A stretch of 64,000 nt of DNA from Antedon mediterranea (taxonomy: Eukaryota; Animalia; Echinodermata). Both the position numbers and the translations under genes were made by a program. The stretch spans positions 16,340,948-16,404,947 of the forward strand of contig NC_092673.1 of the NCBI RefSeq assembly GCF_964355755.1, in the 5' to 3' direction. Of this stretch, positions 1 to 12,922 are shown one piece after another. A model generated the notes under the pieces. It had not been told where the DNA came from. It worked only from the letters and a program-made list of their open reading frames with translations, and searched no databases. Each line of letters opens with the position of its first letter. Positions within the stretch are counted from its first letter, which is position 1.

Positions 1-645
1 TAATAATATAAATACACACTGATGATGGAGGTATAACCTGCATGCACTGATTAACAACATTAGGCTATAAATAATAATATAAATACACACTGATGATGGA
101 GGTATAACCTGCATGTACTGATTAACCACATTAGGCTATAAATAATAATATAAATACACACTGATGATGGGGGTATAACCTGCATGTACTGATTAACAAC
201 ATTAGGCTAAAAATAATAATATAAATACACAGATGATGGAGGTATAACCTGCATGTACTGATTAACAACATTAGGCTAAAAATAATAATATAAATACAAA
301 CTGATGATGGAGGTATAACCTGCATGCACTGATTAACCACATTAGGCTAAAAATAATAATATAAATACACACTGATGATGGAGGTATAACCTGCATGTAC
401 TGATTAACCACATTAGGCTAAAAATAATAATATAAATACACACTGATGATGGGGGTATAACCTGCATGCACTGATTAACAACATTAGGCTAAAAATAATA
501 ATATAAATACACACTGATGATGGGGGTATAACCTGCATGTACTGACTAACCACATTAGGCTAAAAATAATAATATAAATACACACTGATGATGGAGGTAT
601 AACCTGCATGCACTGATTAACAACATTAGGCTAAAAATAATAATA
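1..645. repeat. 71-bp tandem repeat (about 9 units visible, runs off the window start)
   Basis: Unit taataatataaatacacactgatgatggaggtataacctgcatgyactgattaacmacattaggctawaaa starts at 1, 72, 143 and onward. Confidence 0.95.
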
Positions 646-1485
646 TAATAAATCAAAGTTTAGCAGGATCTAAATGAAACATAACAAGACATGATTTTTT
701 TTGGAAAAATGTTACAATGAGAGAAAAAAGTAAGCACTTTATTAAAACAAACCAAATAAAAATAACTAAATAGTTTATATGATTTATAACTGATTTAAAG
801 TGTACGGTACCTAGCTGTCAAATACCATAAATCTTTAATCTACTTGTAATTATTTTGTATCAAGTGACAATGGTCTAATTAATTGTAAATATGAAATAAA
901 ATGGGACAACTAGATTGACCAATATAAAAGAACAAATAAAAAAATGGTTGTTAAAAAATGAATAGATTCTGATTTTAATAAAAAATAATTATTAATTAAT
1001 AACCTGCTCCCTCCCTTACCTTACAAAAAATTCTTCTGTCAGTCTATCCAGCTAATTATAAACATGGCCTTAAAGATATTTTTTTCCAACCTATTCTAGA
1101 AGTTGCATTTAATGTACTGACATTTCCCATTAACTAAATTTAAATATAAATTCATTTAACTGCTTATTGGCCTCATATTTTTAATATCTCAACATTTGTT
1201 TGTACAATTTTATAAAATATGTATTTTATTAATGTTCAAATTTTGTGATTGATTTTGTACAGCAAGTAGATTTTAATGATTACTTACATTAAGTAATAGC
1301 CTAACAATCACTACATCTGATCCATGGTAATATATTATATTTTGTTTTCATTTATCAATAATGATAATTAGGATTTTATCACATTATTTAGCAGTAATTG
1401 TTGTTGTTTGTATTGACAAAAAAAACAAATTTCACATAATGTCTGTTGTCAGTTTATAAACTTCATGATTATCATTCCTTTCCAG

Positions 1486-1530
1486 GATGGTGACACTCCA
1501 TTACATTCATATCTGTGGAGTGAATATCCA
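1486..1530 (+). pseudogene. Truncated ankyrin exon (DGDTPLHSYLWSEY, then joined to intron sequence)
   Basis: cctttccag acceptor and exon 5' half are present; at atccatg the sequence switches to a copy of the intron block and an in-frame TAA follows. Confidence 0.8.
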
Positions 1531-1665
1531 TGTTAAGATATTCTAGTTTGTTCTCATTTATCAATAGTTAACAATTAGGATTATTTACCACATTATTTAG
1601 CAGCAAAAAACAATTTCACATGTTTGTTGTCATTATTTATAAACTCCATTATGATTCCTTTCCAG

Positions 1666-1773
1666 GATTGTGACACTCCATTACATTCATATCTGAGGAA
1701 AGGATATACACCTACCTTAGCAATAGTGACGTGTCTCATTCAGCATGGGGCACCAGTAGCATTGCAAAATGAG
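1666..1773 (+). CDS. Ankyrin-repeat exon A, DCDTPLHSYLRKGYTPTLAIVTCLIQHGAPVALQNE (phase 0-0)
   Basis: ttccag|GAT ... GAG|gtaaat; 108 nt; TPLH and L-x-x-GA ankyrin motifs. Confidence 0.85.
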
Positions 1774-3242
1774 GTAAATGTACAAGGATTTGCTAGTCTA
1801 ATAGGCTAACATTATATAGATCTGCTGAAGTAAACCATTTAATGAGAGAAAAAAGTAAGCACATTAACAAAAATCAAATTTGATTAAAACAAACCAAATA
1901 AAAATAGTTATATATGATTTATGATCTGATTTAAAGTGTACAGTTACCTATCATATAACATAAATCTTTAATTTTCTTAATGAACAAAAAAAATTTTTTT
2001 TTTTATATATATTCAGTTAATATTAATTAACAATTATTGACAATGGTCTAATTAATTGTAAATATGAAATAAAATGTGACAACTACTAAACAACTAAAAA
2101 TGTTTATGTTAAAAAAATTTATATAAAATCTGATTTTAATAAAAAATAATTATTAATTAATAACCTGCTCCCTCCCTTACCTTACAAAAAATGCTTCTGT
2201 CATTCTATCCAGCTAATTATAAACATAGCCTTAAACTACATCTGGAGATCCTTTTCCAACCTAGGATCTTTTTGTGCAAATAATTTGCCACAAAAGGAAG
2301 AGAAATGTAAATAACGTTTAGCCTTTAGTTAGTGGTTTCCAAAATTTAAAATGTTTGAGCAATGCAATTTTAAAAAGAAAGCTAATATGAAATTATTCTT
2401 TTCAAACTGAATGCTTTAAGAACAGTTCCGTCTCTTATCTTATGCCTTTTTTGGGAAAAAATGACATTATTAAAGTTGCTATTTAAAATTTGATACTAGT
2501 AGTGCCAACAGATGGTTCTTAAATACATGACCTTTGGTAAATAACTGAAAATTGTTTAAGTACAAAGCAAATAAATACAGATATGTTGGAATTTATGTAG
2601 TCAAATATAATTGTCATCCTGAGAATTACCTTAATTTTGTTTATTGCATGGTATTGTTCACCAAATTCCTGTCTTGGTACATTTGATGATGGGATGGTAT
2701 CAGGCTTCATGATATATGATATTATTTTCATTGAGGCAAATGGTTTAAACTAAATTTGTTATCGTTAATAACTTAACTTAATTATGATATTGGTTTCATT
2801 GGGTGTTAAAAATCAGTACTGAAAGTATGTACCAACTTTCTCTACCATTGAGTATAAATTCTAGAAGTTGCACTTAATTTACTGAAATTTCCCATTGCCT
2901 AAATTTATATATAAATTAATTTAACTGCTTATCGTATTGTTAACATCTAAACATTTGTTTGTACAATTTTATGAAATATGTATTTTATTAATGTTAAAAT
3001 TTTGTGATTGATATTGTACAGTAAGTAGATTTTAATGATTACTTACATTAAGTAATAGGCTAACAATTACTAGATCTGATCCATGGTAATATATTATATT
3101 TTGTTTTCATTTATTAATAATGATAATTAGGATTTTATCACATTATTTAGCAGTAATTGTTGTTGTTTGTATTGACAAAAAAAACAAATTTCACATAGTC
3201 TGTTGTCAGTTTATAAACTTCATGATTATCATTCCTTTCCAG

Positions 3243-3353
3243 GATGGTGAAACTCCATTACATTCATATCTGTGGAGTGAATATACTGTACCTACCTTAG
3301 AAATAGTGACGTGTCTCATTCAGCATGGGGCACCAGTAGCATTGCAAAATAAG
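3243..3353 (+). CDS. Ankyrin-repeat exon B, DGETPLHSYLWSEYTVPTLEIVTCLIQHGAPVALQNK (phase 0-0)
   Basis: ttccag|GAT ... AAG|gtaaat; 111 nt. Confidence 0.87.
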
Positions 3354-4279
3354 GTAAATGTACAGGAATTTGTTAGTGTAATAAGCTAACATTATAGATC
3401 TGCTGAAGTAAACCATTTAATGAGAGAAAAAAGTAAGCATATTAACAAATATCAAATTTTATTAAAACAAACCAAATAAAAATAATAACTAAATAGTTTA
3501 TATGATTTATGATAACTGATTTAAAGTGTACAGTTACATATAAATCTTTATTTTTCTTAATGAACAAAAAAATCTATTTTTTTTTTTATATATTCAGTTA
3601 TTAATTAACATTTATTGACAATGGTCTAATTAATTGTAAATATGAAATAAAATGCGACAACTACACTGACTAATAATAAAATAGCAAATAAAAAATGTTT
3701 ATGATGTTAAGAAAATTAATAGAATCTGATTTTATTAATTGATTAAGGAAAATGGTTTAACCTAAATTTTTTTTAAGCGTTAATATCTAATATCTAAATT
3801 AGCTTAATTATGATATTGGTTTCATTGGGTGTTAAAAATCAGTACTGAAAGTATTTACCAACTTTCTCTACCATTGAGTATAAATTCTAGAAGTTGCACT
3901 TAATTTACTGAAATTTCTCATTACCTAAATTTATATGTAAATTCATTTAACTGCTTATTGGCCTCATATTGTTAACATCTAAACATTTGTTTGTACAATT
4001 TTATGAAATATGTATTTTATTAATGTTTACATTTTGTGATTGATATTGTACAGTAAGTAGATTTTAATGATTACTTACATTAAAGTAATAGGCTAACAAT
4101 CACTAGATCTGATCCATGGTAATATATTATATTTTGTTTTCATTTATCAATAATGATAATTAGGATTTTATCACATTATTTAGCAGTAATTGTTGTTGTT
4201 TGTATTAACAAAAAACCCCAATTTCACATAATATCTGTTGTCAGTATTTATAAACTTCATGATTATCATTCCTTTCCAG

Positions 4280-4390
4280 GATGGTGAAACTCTATTACAT
4301 TCATATCTGGGGAGTAGTATACATGTACCTACCTTAGAAATAGTGACGTGTCTCATTCAGCATGGGACACCAGTAGCATTGCAAAATAAG
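4280..4390 (+). CDS. Ankyrin-repeat exon C, DGETLLHSYLGSSIHVPTLEIVTCLIQHGTPVALQNK (phase 0-0)
   Basis: ttccag|GAT ... AAG|gtaaat; 111 nt. Confidence 0.87.
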
Positions 4391-5312
4391 GTAAATGTAC
4401 AGGGATTTGCTAATGTAATAAGCTAACATTATATAGATCTGCTGAAGTAAACCATTTAATGAGAGAAAAAAGTAAGCACATTAACAAAAATCAAATTTTA
4501 TTAAAACAAACCAAATAAAAATAATAACTAAATAGTTTATATGATTTATGATAACTGATTTAAAGTGTACAGTTACATATAAATCTTTATTTTTCTTAAT
4601 GAACAAAAAAATCTATTTTTTTTTTATATATTCAGTTATTAATTAACATTTATTGACAATGGTCTAATTAATTGTAAATATGAAATAAAATGCGACAACT
4701 ACACTGACTAATAATAAAATAGCAAATAAAAAATGTTTATGATGTTAAGAAAATTAATAGAATCTGATTTTATTAATTGATTAAGGAAAATGGTTTAACC
4801 TAAATTTTTTTTAAGCGTTAATATCTAATATCTTAATAGCTCAATTATGATATTGGTTTCATTGGGTGTTAAAAATCAGTACTGAAAGTATTTACCAATT
4901 TCTCTACCATTGAGTAAAAATTCTAGAAGCTGCACTTTATTTACTGAAATTTCCCTTTACCTAAATTTATATGTAAATTCATTAAACTGCTTATTGGCCT
5001 CATATTGTTAACATCTAAACATTTGTTTGTACAATTTTATGAAATATGTATTTTATTAATGTTCAAATTTTGTGATTGATATTGTACAGTAAGTAGATTT
5101 TAATGATTACTTACATTAAGTAATAGGCTAACAATTACTAGATCTGATCCATGGTAATATATTATATTTTGTTTTCATTTATCGATAATGATAATTAGGA
5201 TTTTATCACATTATTTAGCAGTAATTGTTGTTGTTTGTATTAACAAAAAAAAAACAATTTCACATAATGTCTGTTGTCAGTATTTATAAACTTCATTATG
5301 ATTCCTTTCCAG

Positions 5313-5420
5313 GATGGTGAAACTCTATTACATTCATATCTGAGTGGATATACTGTACCTACCTTAGAAATAGTGACTTGTCTCATTCAGCATGGGGCAC
5401 CAGTAGCATTGCAAAATAAG
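5313..5420 (+). CDS. Ankyrin-repeat exon D, DGETLLHSYLSGYTVPTLEIVTCLIQHGAPVALQNK (phase 0-0)
   Basis: ttccag|GAT ... AAG|gtaaat; 108 nt. Confidence 0.87.
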
Positions 5421-6373
5421 GTAAATGTACAGGAATTTGTTAGTGTAATAAGCTAACATTATAGATCTGCTGAAGTAAACCATTTAATGAGAGAAAAAAG
5501 TAAGCATTTAACAAAAATCAAATTTGATTAAAACAAACCAAATAAAAAAATAACTAAATAGTTATATATGATTTATGATAACTGAATAAAAGTGTACAGT
5601 TACCTATTATATAACATAAATCTTTAATTTTCTTAATGAACAAAAAAATCTATTTTTTGTATATATTAATTAATTGTATATTAAGTACAAAGCAAATAAA
5701 TACAGATATGTTGGAATTTATGTAGTCAAATATAATTGTCACCCAGAGAATTACCTTAATTTTGTTTATTTCATGGTATTGTTCACCAAATTCCTGTCTT
5801 GGTACATTTGATGATGGGATGGTATCAGACTTTATGATATGATTTTCATTGAGGCAAATGGTTTAAACTAAATTTGTTATCGTTAATATCTAACTTAGCT
5901 TAATTATGATATTGGTTTCATTGGGTGTTAAAAATCAGTACTGAAAGTATGTACCAACTTTCTCTACCATTGAGTATAAATTCTAGAAGTTGCACTTAAT
6001 TTACTGAAATTTCCCATTACCTAAATTTATATGTAAATTCATTAAACTGCTTATTGGCCTCATATTGTTAACATCTAAACATTTGTTTGTACAATTTTAT
6101 GAAATATGTATTTTATTAATGTTTACATTTTGTGATTGATATTGTACAGTAAGTAGATTTTAATGATTACTTACATTAAAGTAATAGGCTAACAATCACT
6201 AGATCTGATCCATGGTAATATATTATATTTTGTTTTCATTTATCAATAATGATAATTAGGATTTTATCACATTATTTAGCAGTAATTGTTGTTGTTTATA
6301 TTAACAAAAAAAAAACAATTTCACATAATGTCTGTTGTCAGTATTTATAAACTTCATTATGATTCCTTTCCAG

Positions 6374-6481
6374 TATGGTGACACTCCATTACATTCATAT
6401 CTGAGGAGTAGATATACACCTACCTTAGAAATAGTGACTTGTCTCATTCAGCATGGGGCACCAGTAGCATTGCAAAATGAG
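6374..6481 (+). CDS. Ankyrin-repeat exon E, YGDTPLHSYLRSRYTPTLEIVTCLIQHGAPVALQNE (phase 0-0; absent from the ORF track)
   Basis: ttccag|TAT ... GAG|gtaatg; 108 nt. Confidence 0.87.
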
Positions 6482-7143
6482 GTAATGTACAGGGATTTGC
6501 TAGTGTAATAAGCTAACATTATATACATCTGATGTGGTAAACCATTCTATTTTGTTCTGGTTTACCACATTATTTAGCAGTAATTTTTACTGTATTGTCT
6601 CATATTATGGTATATCTGCAGCATTGCAAAATAGGGTAATGTAGGCTTACAAAGAATTGTCAGGACAATTTCACATTTTATTGTTATCAGTATTTATAAA
6701 CTTCAACTTCAGTATCAATTAGCCTCCATATTAATCAATAATATTACTACCTCAAAGAGTAGTATTATTTAATCAGACTTACAGATATAGAATTCTCAAG
6801 TGTTTGATTTTTTTCACATTTTTCTCTTTTTACACATAGCACATTCTAACAAGTTTGTTTTGATTTAGATATTCATTTATAAGTCAACTATTATTGTAAT
6901 GTGTTGTTGTTTTAATATTTCATTTGTATCTGGATAGTATCCAAATATTATTTTCTTTGAAAGTTTATAGTAAAACTATTTGTTGTTTTATATTATGGCT
7001 CAAACATTTCAACACATCTACCTACTGTTCCAAAGTAAACTTTTATTCAATTTGATGCGATGTGATGCGTAATTAAAGTGTGTTATATTGTATATCAATA
7101 ATTTCTCAAAAACTACTAATAACTAAACCCATTTTTTTAATAG

Positions 7144-7228
7144 GATGGAAATACACTTGTCTCTCTTTTAGAAAGTAACAGGTGGATAGAGGAGCAAAGT
7201 AAAACTGAAATTTTAAACTTCTTAGAAG
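7144..7228 (+). CDS. Ankyrin C-cap-like exon DGNTLVSLLESNRWIEEQSKTEILNFLE (phase 0-1)
   Basis: tttaatag|GAT ... GAA G|gtaagt; DGNT start continues the ankyrin register; 85 nt. Confidence 0.8.
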
Positions 7229-7649
7229 GTAAGTGAAGTTTTAATTATTGAAATTTTAGGATCAACTAGTTTCATTGCAAACGATAAAGATTTGATAGGA
7301 GGCTTTACTTTAAACTAGTTACAATAATCGAACGGGGGATATGCATTGTTAAGGAATATTTGAACTTTATTAATTGCACATAAATGTAAAATGTAGATTT
7401 TTTTTTTTAAATGTAATCTATTTTATATATAATGCTATGTACAATTGGTATTCGCATTCAAGGCAAACAATTTACGATAGGAGGAGATAAATATTGAATA
7501 TAAAAATCTAATTTTCTTGTTAAATCCCAGTTTTTGTTTCCACAATGGATGAATTTCCTTCACACATTTTAAATAATAATTCGTCTTCTTCGAGGAGCTG
7601 AATCATCGGATTTTCAGCGCGCCGTGCGTACCAGGTTACTACCGTAAAT

Positions 7650-8306
7650 GATGGCGCTTAATTAAAAGTTCTTAGTAGATATAGCTCTATTATCTATTAG
7701 CCTTAAAAGTTATCCCCTTAATAGATATAGCTCTATTACCTATTAAGCACCTACTAATAAGTAGATTTTAGGTAGATTTTAGATAGTTCCTAATAGGTTT
7801 TACCTCATTAGCATAATTCAAAACCCCCACTAATAGTGTTAGATAGATTTTTCACTATTTTCAATCTGTGAGTAACACAGTTGTATGCATCTATCTATTG
7901 TCTACTTACAATAGCTATACCAAGGGCTACCAGCAACCTATTAATAGACATAAACAAACTGATAATAGCCAGTAACTGTTAATAAACTATATATTTTATA
8001 CAATAGATAGATATGGACTACCAGATAGCTATTAGAAATCTATGAGTATCATATCTATCAACTGTCTACTTATAATAGCTATACTAAGGCTACCAATAAC
8101 CTATCAATAGACTATAAAGAAACTGATAATAGCCAGTTAAATATTAATCAACTATCTATTTTATAGCTGGGAAGTAGTCGTTCCATCGTTGACTCATTGA
8201 GTTAAAATCCTTAGTAGGCGAGATAAAAAGGTCTGCTAAAAAACTACTAAAAATAGAGCTATTTCTACTTAAGTCTACTTAAATCTACTAATTTTTTTAC
8301 TATGGG
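7650..8306. mobile_element. One-ended non-autonomous DNA transposon fragment (CMC/EnSpm-like)
   Basis: Dense ctatta/taatag sub-repeats ending in tttttttactatggg, similar to the ttttacctggg end at 59775; lies between about 130-bp direct repeats at about 7449 and 8344. Confidence 0.4.
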
Positions 8307-9217
8307 TAAAACCAATAGACAAATTCAAACTCCTCCTTCCCACATTCGCATTCGAGGAAAACAATTTACGATAGGAGGAGATAAATATTGAATATAAAAA
8401 TAAAACATTTTCTTGTTAATCCCATTTTTTGTTTCCACAATGAATGAATTTTCTTCACACATTTTTAAGCCAGCTTAAGAATACTATTTTTCTGTATGTA
8501 AAATTAAGCATCCCACAAAGCATAACCAAGCTCTACCAAGTGTATAAAGAACAGTGCCCTTATTGTAGGCCTTTAAAAATGCAATTCCAGGTCTATATTG
8601 GCAAAATTCAGCCCAAACCATGGTGGGCTCAAGTTCAAGTTATCTTTATTGTGTTTTCACACAGGTATAAAAACAAATTGGTTACTGGTCATAAAACTGA
8701 ATATAAATAAAAACATTAAAAAAGTTCAAGGCATATTAAAAACTTACGATAGGTGGTCAATAATTCCTACTGCCAAATTGTGAATCATACCAGTTATTCA
8801 TTTCAGGATTACTTTATTTTCACTTTACACAGTGAAACCATCATAATTTGAACCGTATAGAAATGATTTAGATTCAGGATCTCTGTCAAAAAATGTTGCA
8901 TAACGCCTATATGTTTGGATGAGTTTGAGTTCCACACAATTTTTAGGACATAATTAATAACTTTAACTGTATACATTTTAGTTAAAAAAATACATTATTA
9001 TTATAGTATATCCAGAATGAATGAGGTTTACCATTTTCATGTATAGTCGATTGCTTGTACACAGTCACCCACAAGCTTTTATATAACCTTATACCATTGA
9101 AAAAGTTTAAAGATACCATATGACAATTCAAGAGTTTTGCCAAGCTGTGACTTTTAAAATAGTGTTTTTTATGAAAATATGTAATATGTAATATTTTTGT
9201 TTTGTGCATTTTTTTAG

Positions 9218-9310
9218 ATTTACCAAGTACTGTTGATGAGCAATTTCTAACACAATTTCAGAAACATACAAGTGACAAACAGAAAACAAAACTTCTTAAG
9301 CCAGAGAGTG
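9218..9310 (+). CDS. Linker exon 1, DLPSTVDEQFLTQFQKHTSDKQKTKLLKPES (phase 1-1)
   Basis: tttttttag|AT ... AGT G|gtgagt; 93 nt. Confidence 0.78.
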
Positions 9311-11224
9311 GTGAGTTTAAGAATAAGAGCTGCTGTATGTTTTATGATTGTATCTATATTATAATTTAACAGAATTGTGATTAAAATGGGATTTCAGTAA
9401 AGAGAGAATTAGACGCTAATGTTATTAAAAAAACATTTCTGAGCGGTACTGTAAAAAGGCGAAAAGTGTGCAACTGATAACAAATAACAAATGGAGAGAT
9501 TTTATTTATCATAAATAAAACAAACAGTTGATTGTTTCCATTTAAAATACTGTAATAATGGAATGAAGCTAGTTTGCAGATTAATTTATGTGGCATGCTT
9601 GCTTGATTTTTGCTTGATTGTTGATTTTTAGGTTATTTATATGCATTATCATGCGATCACGCACGTAGAACCTTTCTTTAATAATATCATCATATTTTAT
9701 TCACTTTTCAACTCGAATTTGCGTTATACGAGCACATCAAAAGTGACAGGCTACGCACGTGTAAATTAAAAAAATGGTGAAAATATGCTAAATTTTAAAA
9801 ATAATATAGATCGTCAGAAAGCTCGGGAACACATATTTTTTATTTCATTTTCTTGAAGTGTATGTATCATGTATGATTTATTATGAAATTAAGAGTACAA
9901 AAGTTGATAAGTCATCATTAATTGCATTTTAAATTTAAAAAAATTTTTTTCGACAATCAAAAAATTATGACATTTTCTTAGGCCAAAATAACAAACTTTA
10001 ACTTTCTTCTTTCAAAATAAAAGTTCATATATTAAAGTTAAAAGTATATAGTTTGACAGTGCATCATTTTTTAACATTTTTAAAGATGTCATCATAGTAA
10101 AAAATTATAACTCATTGCGGTATATAATAATCTATCTGCGCCAAAGTGGTTACTGCATAGTAAATACACGGAGGAATCTTTCTACAACTTTTAGTCAGTT
10201 GTGTATAGGCTAAAATAGTCCTTGGCTGTACTGCTAATAACTAATTGTACTGTATATTCATTACATTGGTGGTGGGGGGAGGGGAGGTGTTCTTCTAAAC
10301 ACTAAGCCCTTCAAAGTATAACTAATCTCTACCAAGTGTATAAAGTGTATATTTTACAAAATATTTATATTATACAAACATTTAGAGTGTTAATTGCATT
10401 TTAAGCAATAATACATTTAGAGAAATTATGACACATTGTACATTCTAGGCTGATGTTTAAATTTTTAATTTTTTTACTATTAATATTTACAAAAGTGTAG
10501 CGTACACACATAATGGGGAACTAACGACTGGGGACAGTGGGCACGTTTTCTGAGCGTGCTTTAGTAGGACCAGAAAAGCCTTTAAAGCTGCAATTCCAGG
10601 TCTATATTGACAAAATTGTTTGAAAACTTACGATAGATGTTTTTAATCGCATTTCCTACTGCCTAATTCTGAATCATACCAGTTATTCATTTCAGGATTA
10701 CTTTATTTTCACTTTACCCATTGAAACCATGCTAATCAACTGTATGTTGCTAGAATTTCAACGATTTAGATTCAGGATCGTTGTCAAAAAATGTTGCATA
10801 ACGTCTATATGTTTGGATGAGTTTGTGTTCATCATAGTAAAAAATTATAATTCATTGCGGTATGTAATAATCTATCTGCGCCAAAGTGGTTACTGCATAG
10901 TAAATACACAGAGGAATCTTTCTACAACTTCTAGTCAGTTGTGTATGGCTCGGTGGTCTGTGCTCGTGTCTATGGCATTCAAGGTACCGAGATCGAGTCT
11001 CACATTGGGAAACGAAATAAGATTTTTTTTTTATTATTCATATTGTTTGTTCAATTTTATTTTTTAGTGTATAGATTATACACATAATTTATAATGAAAT
11101 CTAGATAAAAAGTAAGTAATGTCTTTATTATTATGTAACAATGTGGTTTATGACATTATACGCAGAGGGATCTTTGATCGGATTGTGATACCGGCTATTG
11201 TATTCGGGTTAGCAAGATCCTATA

Positions 11225-11690
11225 TCTATATATAAATTTACGTACGGGCAAAATTCGATAAATCGCGGTTTATTTCTAGAATTTATACTCGATGGTATAT
11301 AAAGTTGGTTCGTACTTTCGGTACTCATTTTAACCATCTGATGTAACCCTGTTTACTAATTAAATTGAGTTAAATAATTAGTTATTGACAATTAAAACGA
11401 ATTTAGGTTCAACGATTTGCCCCAAATAGGGGTGTTTCGTGGTTGTGGTATACACTGTATAATGGATGTCAATCTTAATAAATACCCACACACAATAATA
11501 CGAGGATGCTTCGCATTTTCCTATCTCCTCCTCAATAATTGTTTTTAATAGCTGAAAACCGGTTGAACAGCTCGAGTACAGCATCATAATGTTGAAGATT
11601 TTCTTTAAAAAATACTATTTTGATAGATTTAAATTAATATACGTTTATACAAATGTTTTGATCTGGGATAAATAGAACATTCCAATCTCT
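11225..11690 (+). mobile_element. Helitron 5' fragment (same family as 20822 and 32955)
   Basis: Begins A|TCTATATATAAATTTACG and matches the first about 460 bp of the other copies. Confidence 0.8.
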
Positions 11691-12796
11691 GTTCCACAAG
11701 TTTCTATTCCCTCAGGCGTCGTAAAGACAAGTACAGTCATAACAGAAATTCGATCCATTTTTTTTCAATCTGTGCGGATTACCAATAAAAAAAAAACCCA
11801 AAAATCATATCTTTAACAACGTATTAACAGGAATACTATCAAGTTTCCAACTCTTAACCAACGGAGGAACTACTTTTATTGTATTTGTCTCTATAAATGT
11901 ATCAATGTGTCATTTGGGTCCTTTCTCCTTTCTTTATTTGATAATATTCATTTACCATTATGGGCCCTCAACAAGACAAAACAACAAACAAAAACAAAGA
12001 ATATAAAAATTAAAATAAAGATATCAACAAGATGATAATGTCAAAGAAGTTGGTGTTGATGAGAATGACATTACTCTAACATTAATAATTAGTATCATAT
12101 TTTAACACAAAGAATATAATGTTGATTATTAAGACAAACATAAAGTGGGTAGTTTTGTTGTACTGTAGTTGAATTTCTAAAGCTGATTATAGATATAGAA
12201 AGTTATTATAATGTTTCACAAATCTATCTGAAAACAATGATTTCAACAATAATTATAGCATAGCATAGTTAAATGTAGACAGTGAACAATTTTATTCCCT
12301 GGTGGTAGTGTTTTCTCTGCTTTGGCCCTCCTCAGCACTCCACATTTTGCTGAAACAAATAAAAATATAAATTTACATCATTGTGTGAACAGGTGCCATG
12401 TTAAAATATATTAAATATAAATTAGACAAATTTCACAAATTTCATATATATCTTGTTTTTAAAATAGACTTATATATATATTATATAAAAATCATAGATA
12501 AAATCTCATTGATAAGATGATAAGTGAGGGTAACAATGCCTATTATTGTAGATAAAGGTTATATATAATAATATGATTGTTATCATGATGATGATCAAGA
12601 TATGATAATGACACTCGGGCTATATTCAGACATAGCCTCACCAGCCTTTGTAACCTAGTTACACCAGTATAAAAATATAGAAATTATTATTATATGGTAG
12701 CATTATGAACATTAACAATTTTTGCCAAGTTGTGTCTTTTAATATTTCTTTTTATGAAAAATATGTGTTAAATATTTTGTATGTTACATTTTTTAG

Positions 12797-12874
12797 ATTT
12801 ACCAAGTCTTGTTAGTGAACAGTTTGAGAAACTAATGGTTGAAGAACAGAAAACAAAGCTTAAACCAGTGCTTG
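12797..12874 (+). CDS. Linker exon 2, DLPSLVSEQFEKLMVEEQKTKLKPVL (phase 1-1; paralogue of the 9218 exon)
   Basis: ttttttag|AT ... CTT G|gtgagt; 78 nt; shares DLPS..EQF..QKTKL and the downstream gtgagtttaagaat. Confidence 0.78.
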
Positions 12875-12922
12875 GTGAGTTTAAGAATCGTATAAGGAGT
12901 TGTATGGTTCAATGTAACATAT

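Larger units (their letters stand above)
717..6545 (+). repeat. Tandem exon-plus-intron duplication array (about 1.04-kb units, each with one ankyrin exon)
   Basis: Exon starts at 1666, 3243, 4280, 5313, 6374 (spacings 1577, 1037, 1033, 1061); intron blocks such as aatgagagaaaaaagtaagc and ctgatccatggtaatatatt recur almost unchanged. Confidence 0.95.

Noticed and set aside
1666-6481. Viral origin of the TPLHxYL-type ankyrin repeats (poxvirus-like motif)
   Set aside because: The repeats are split by spliceosomal introns within a host-type gene; the motif alone is not evidence of transfer
6595-6640. Seventh ankyrin exon
   Set aside because: Only a decayed 3' remnant (gcagcattgcaaaatagggtaatg) without an acceptor or TPLH half
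10947-11010. tRNA gene
   Set aside because: Only degenerate A/B-box similarity with no complete cloverleaf; more likely a SINE head
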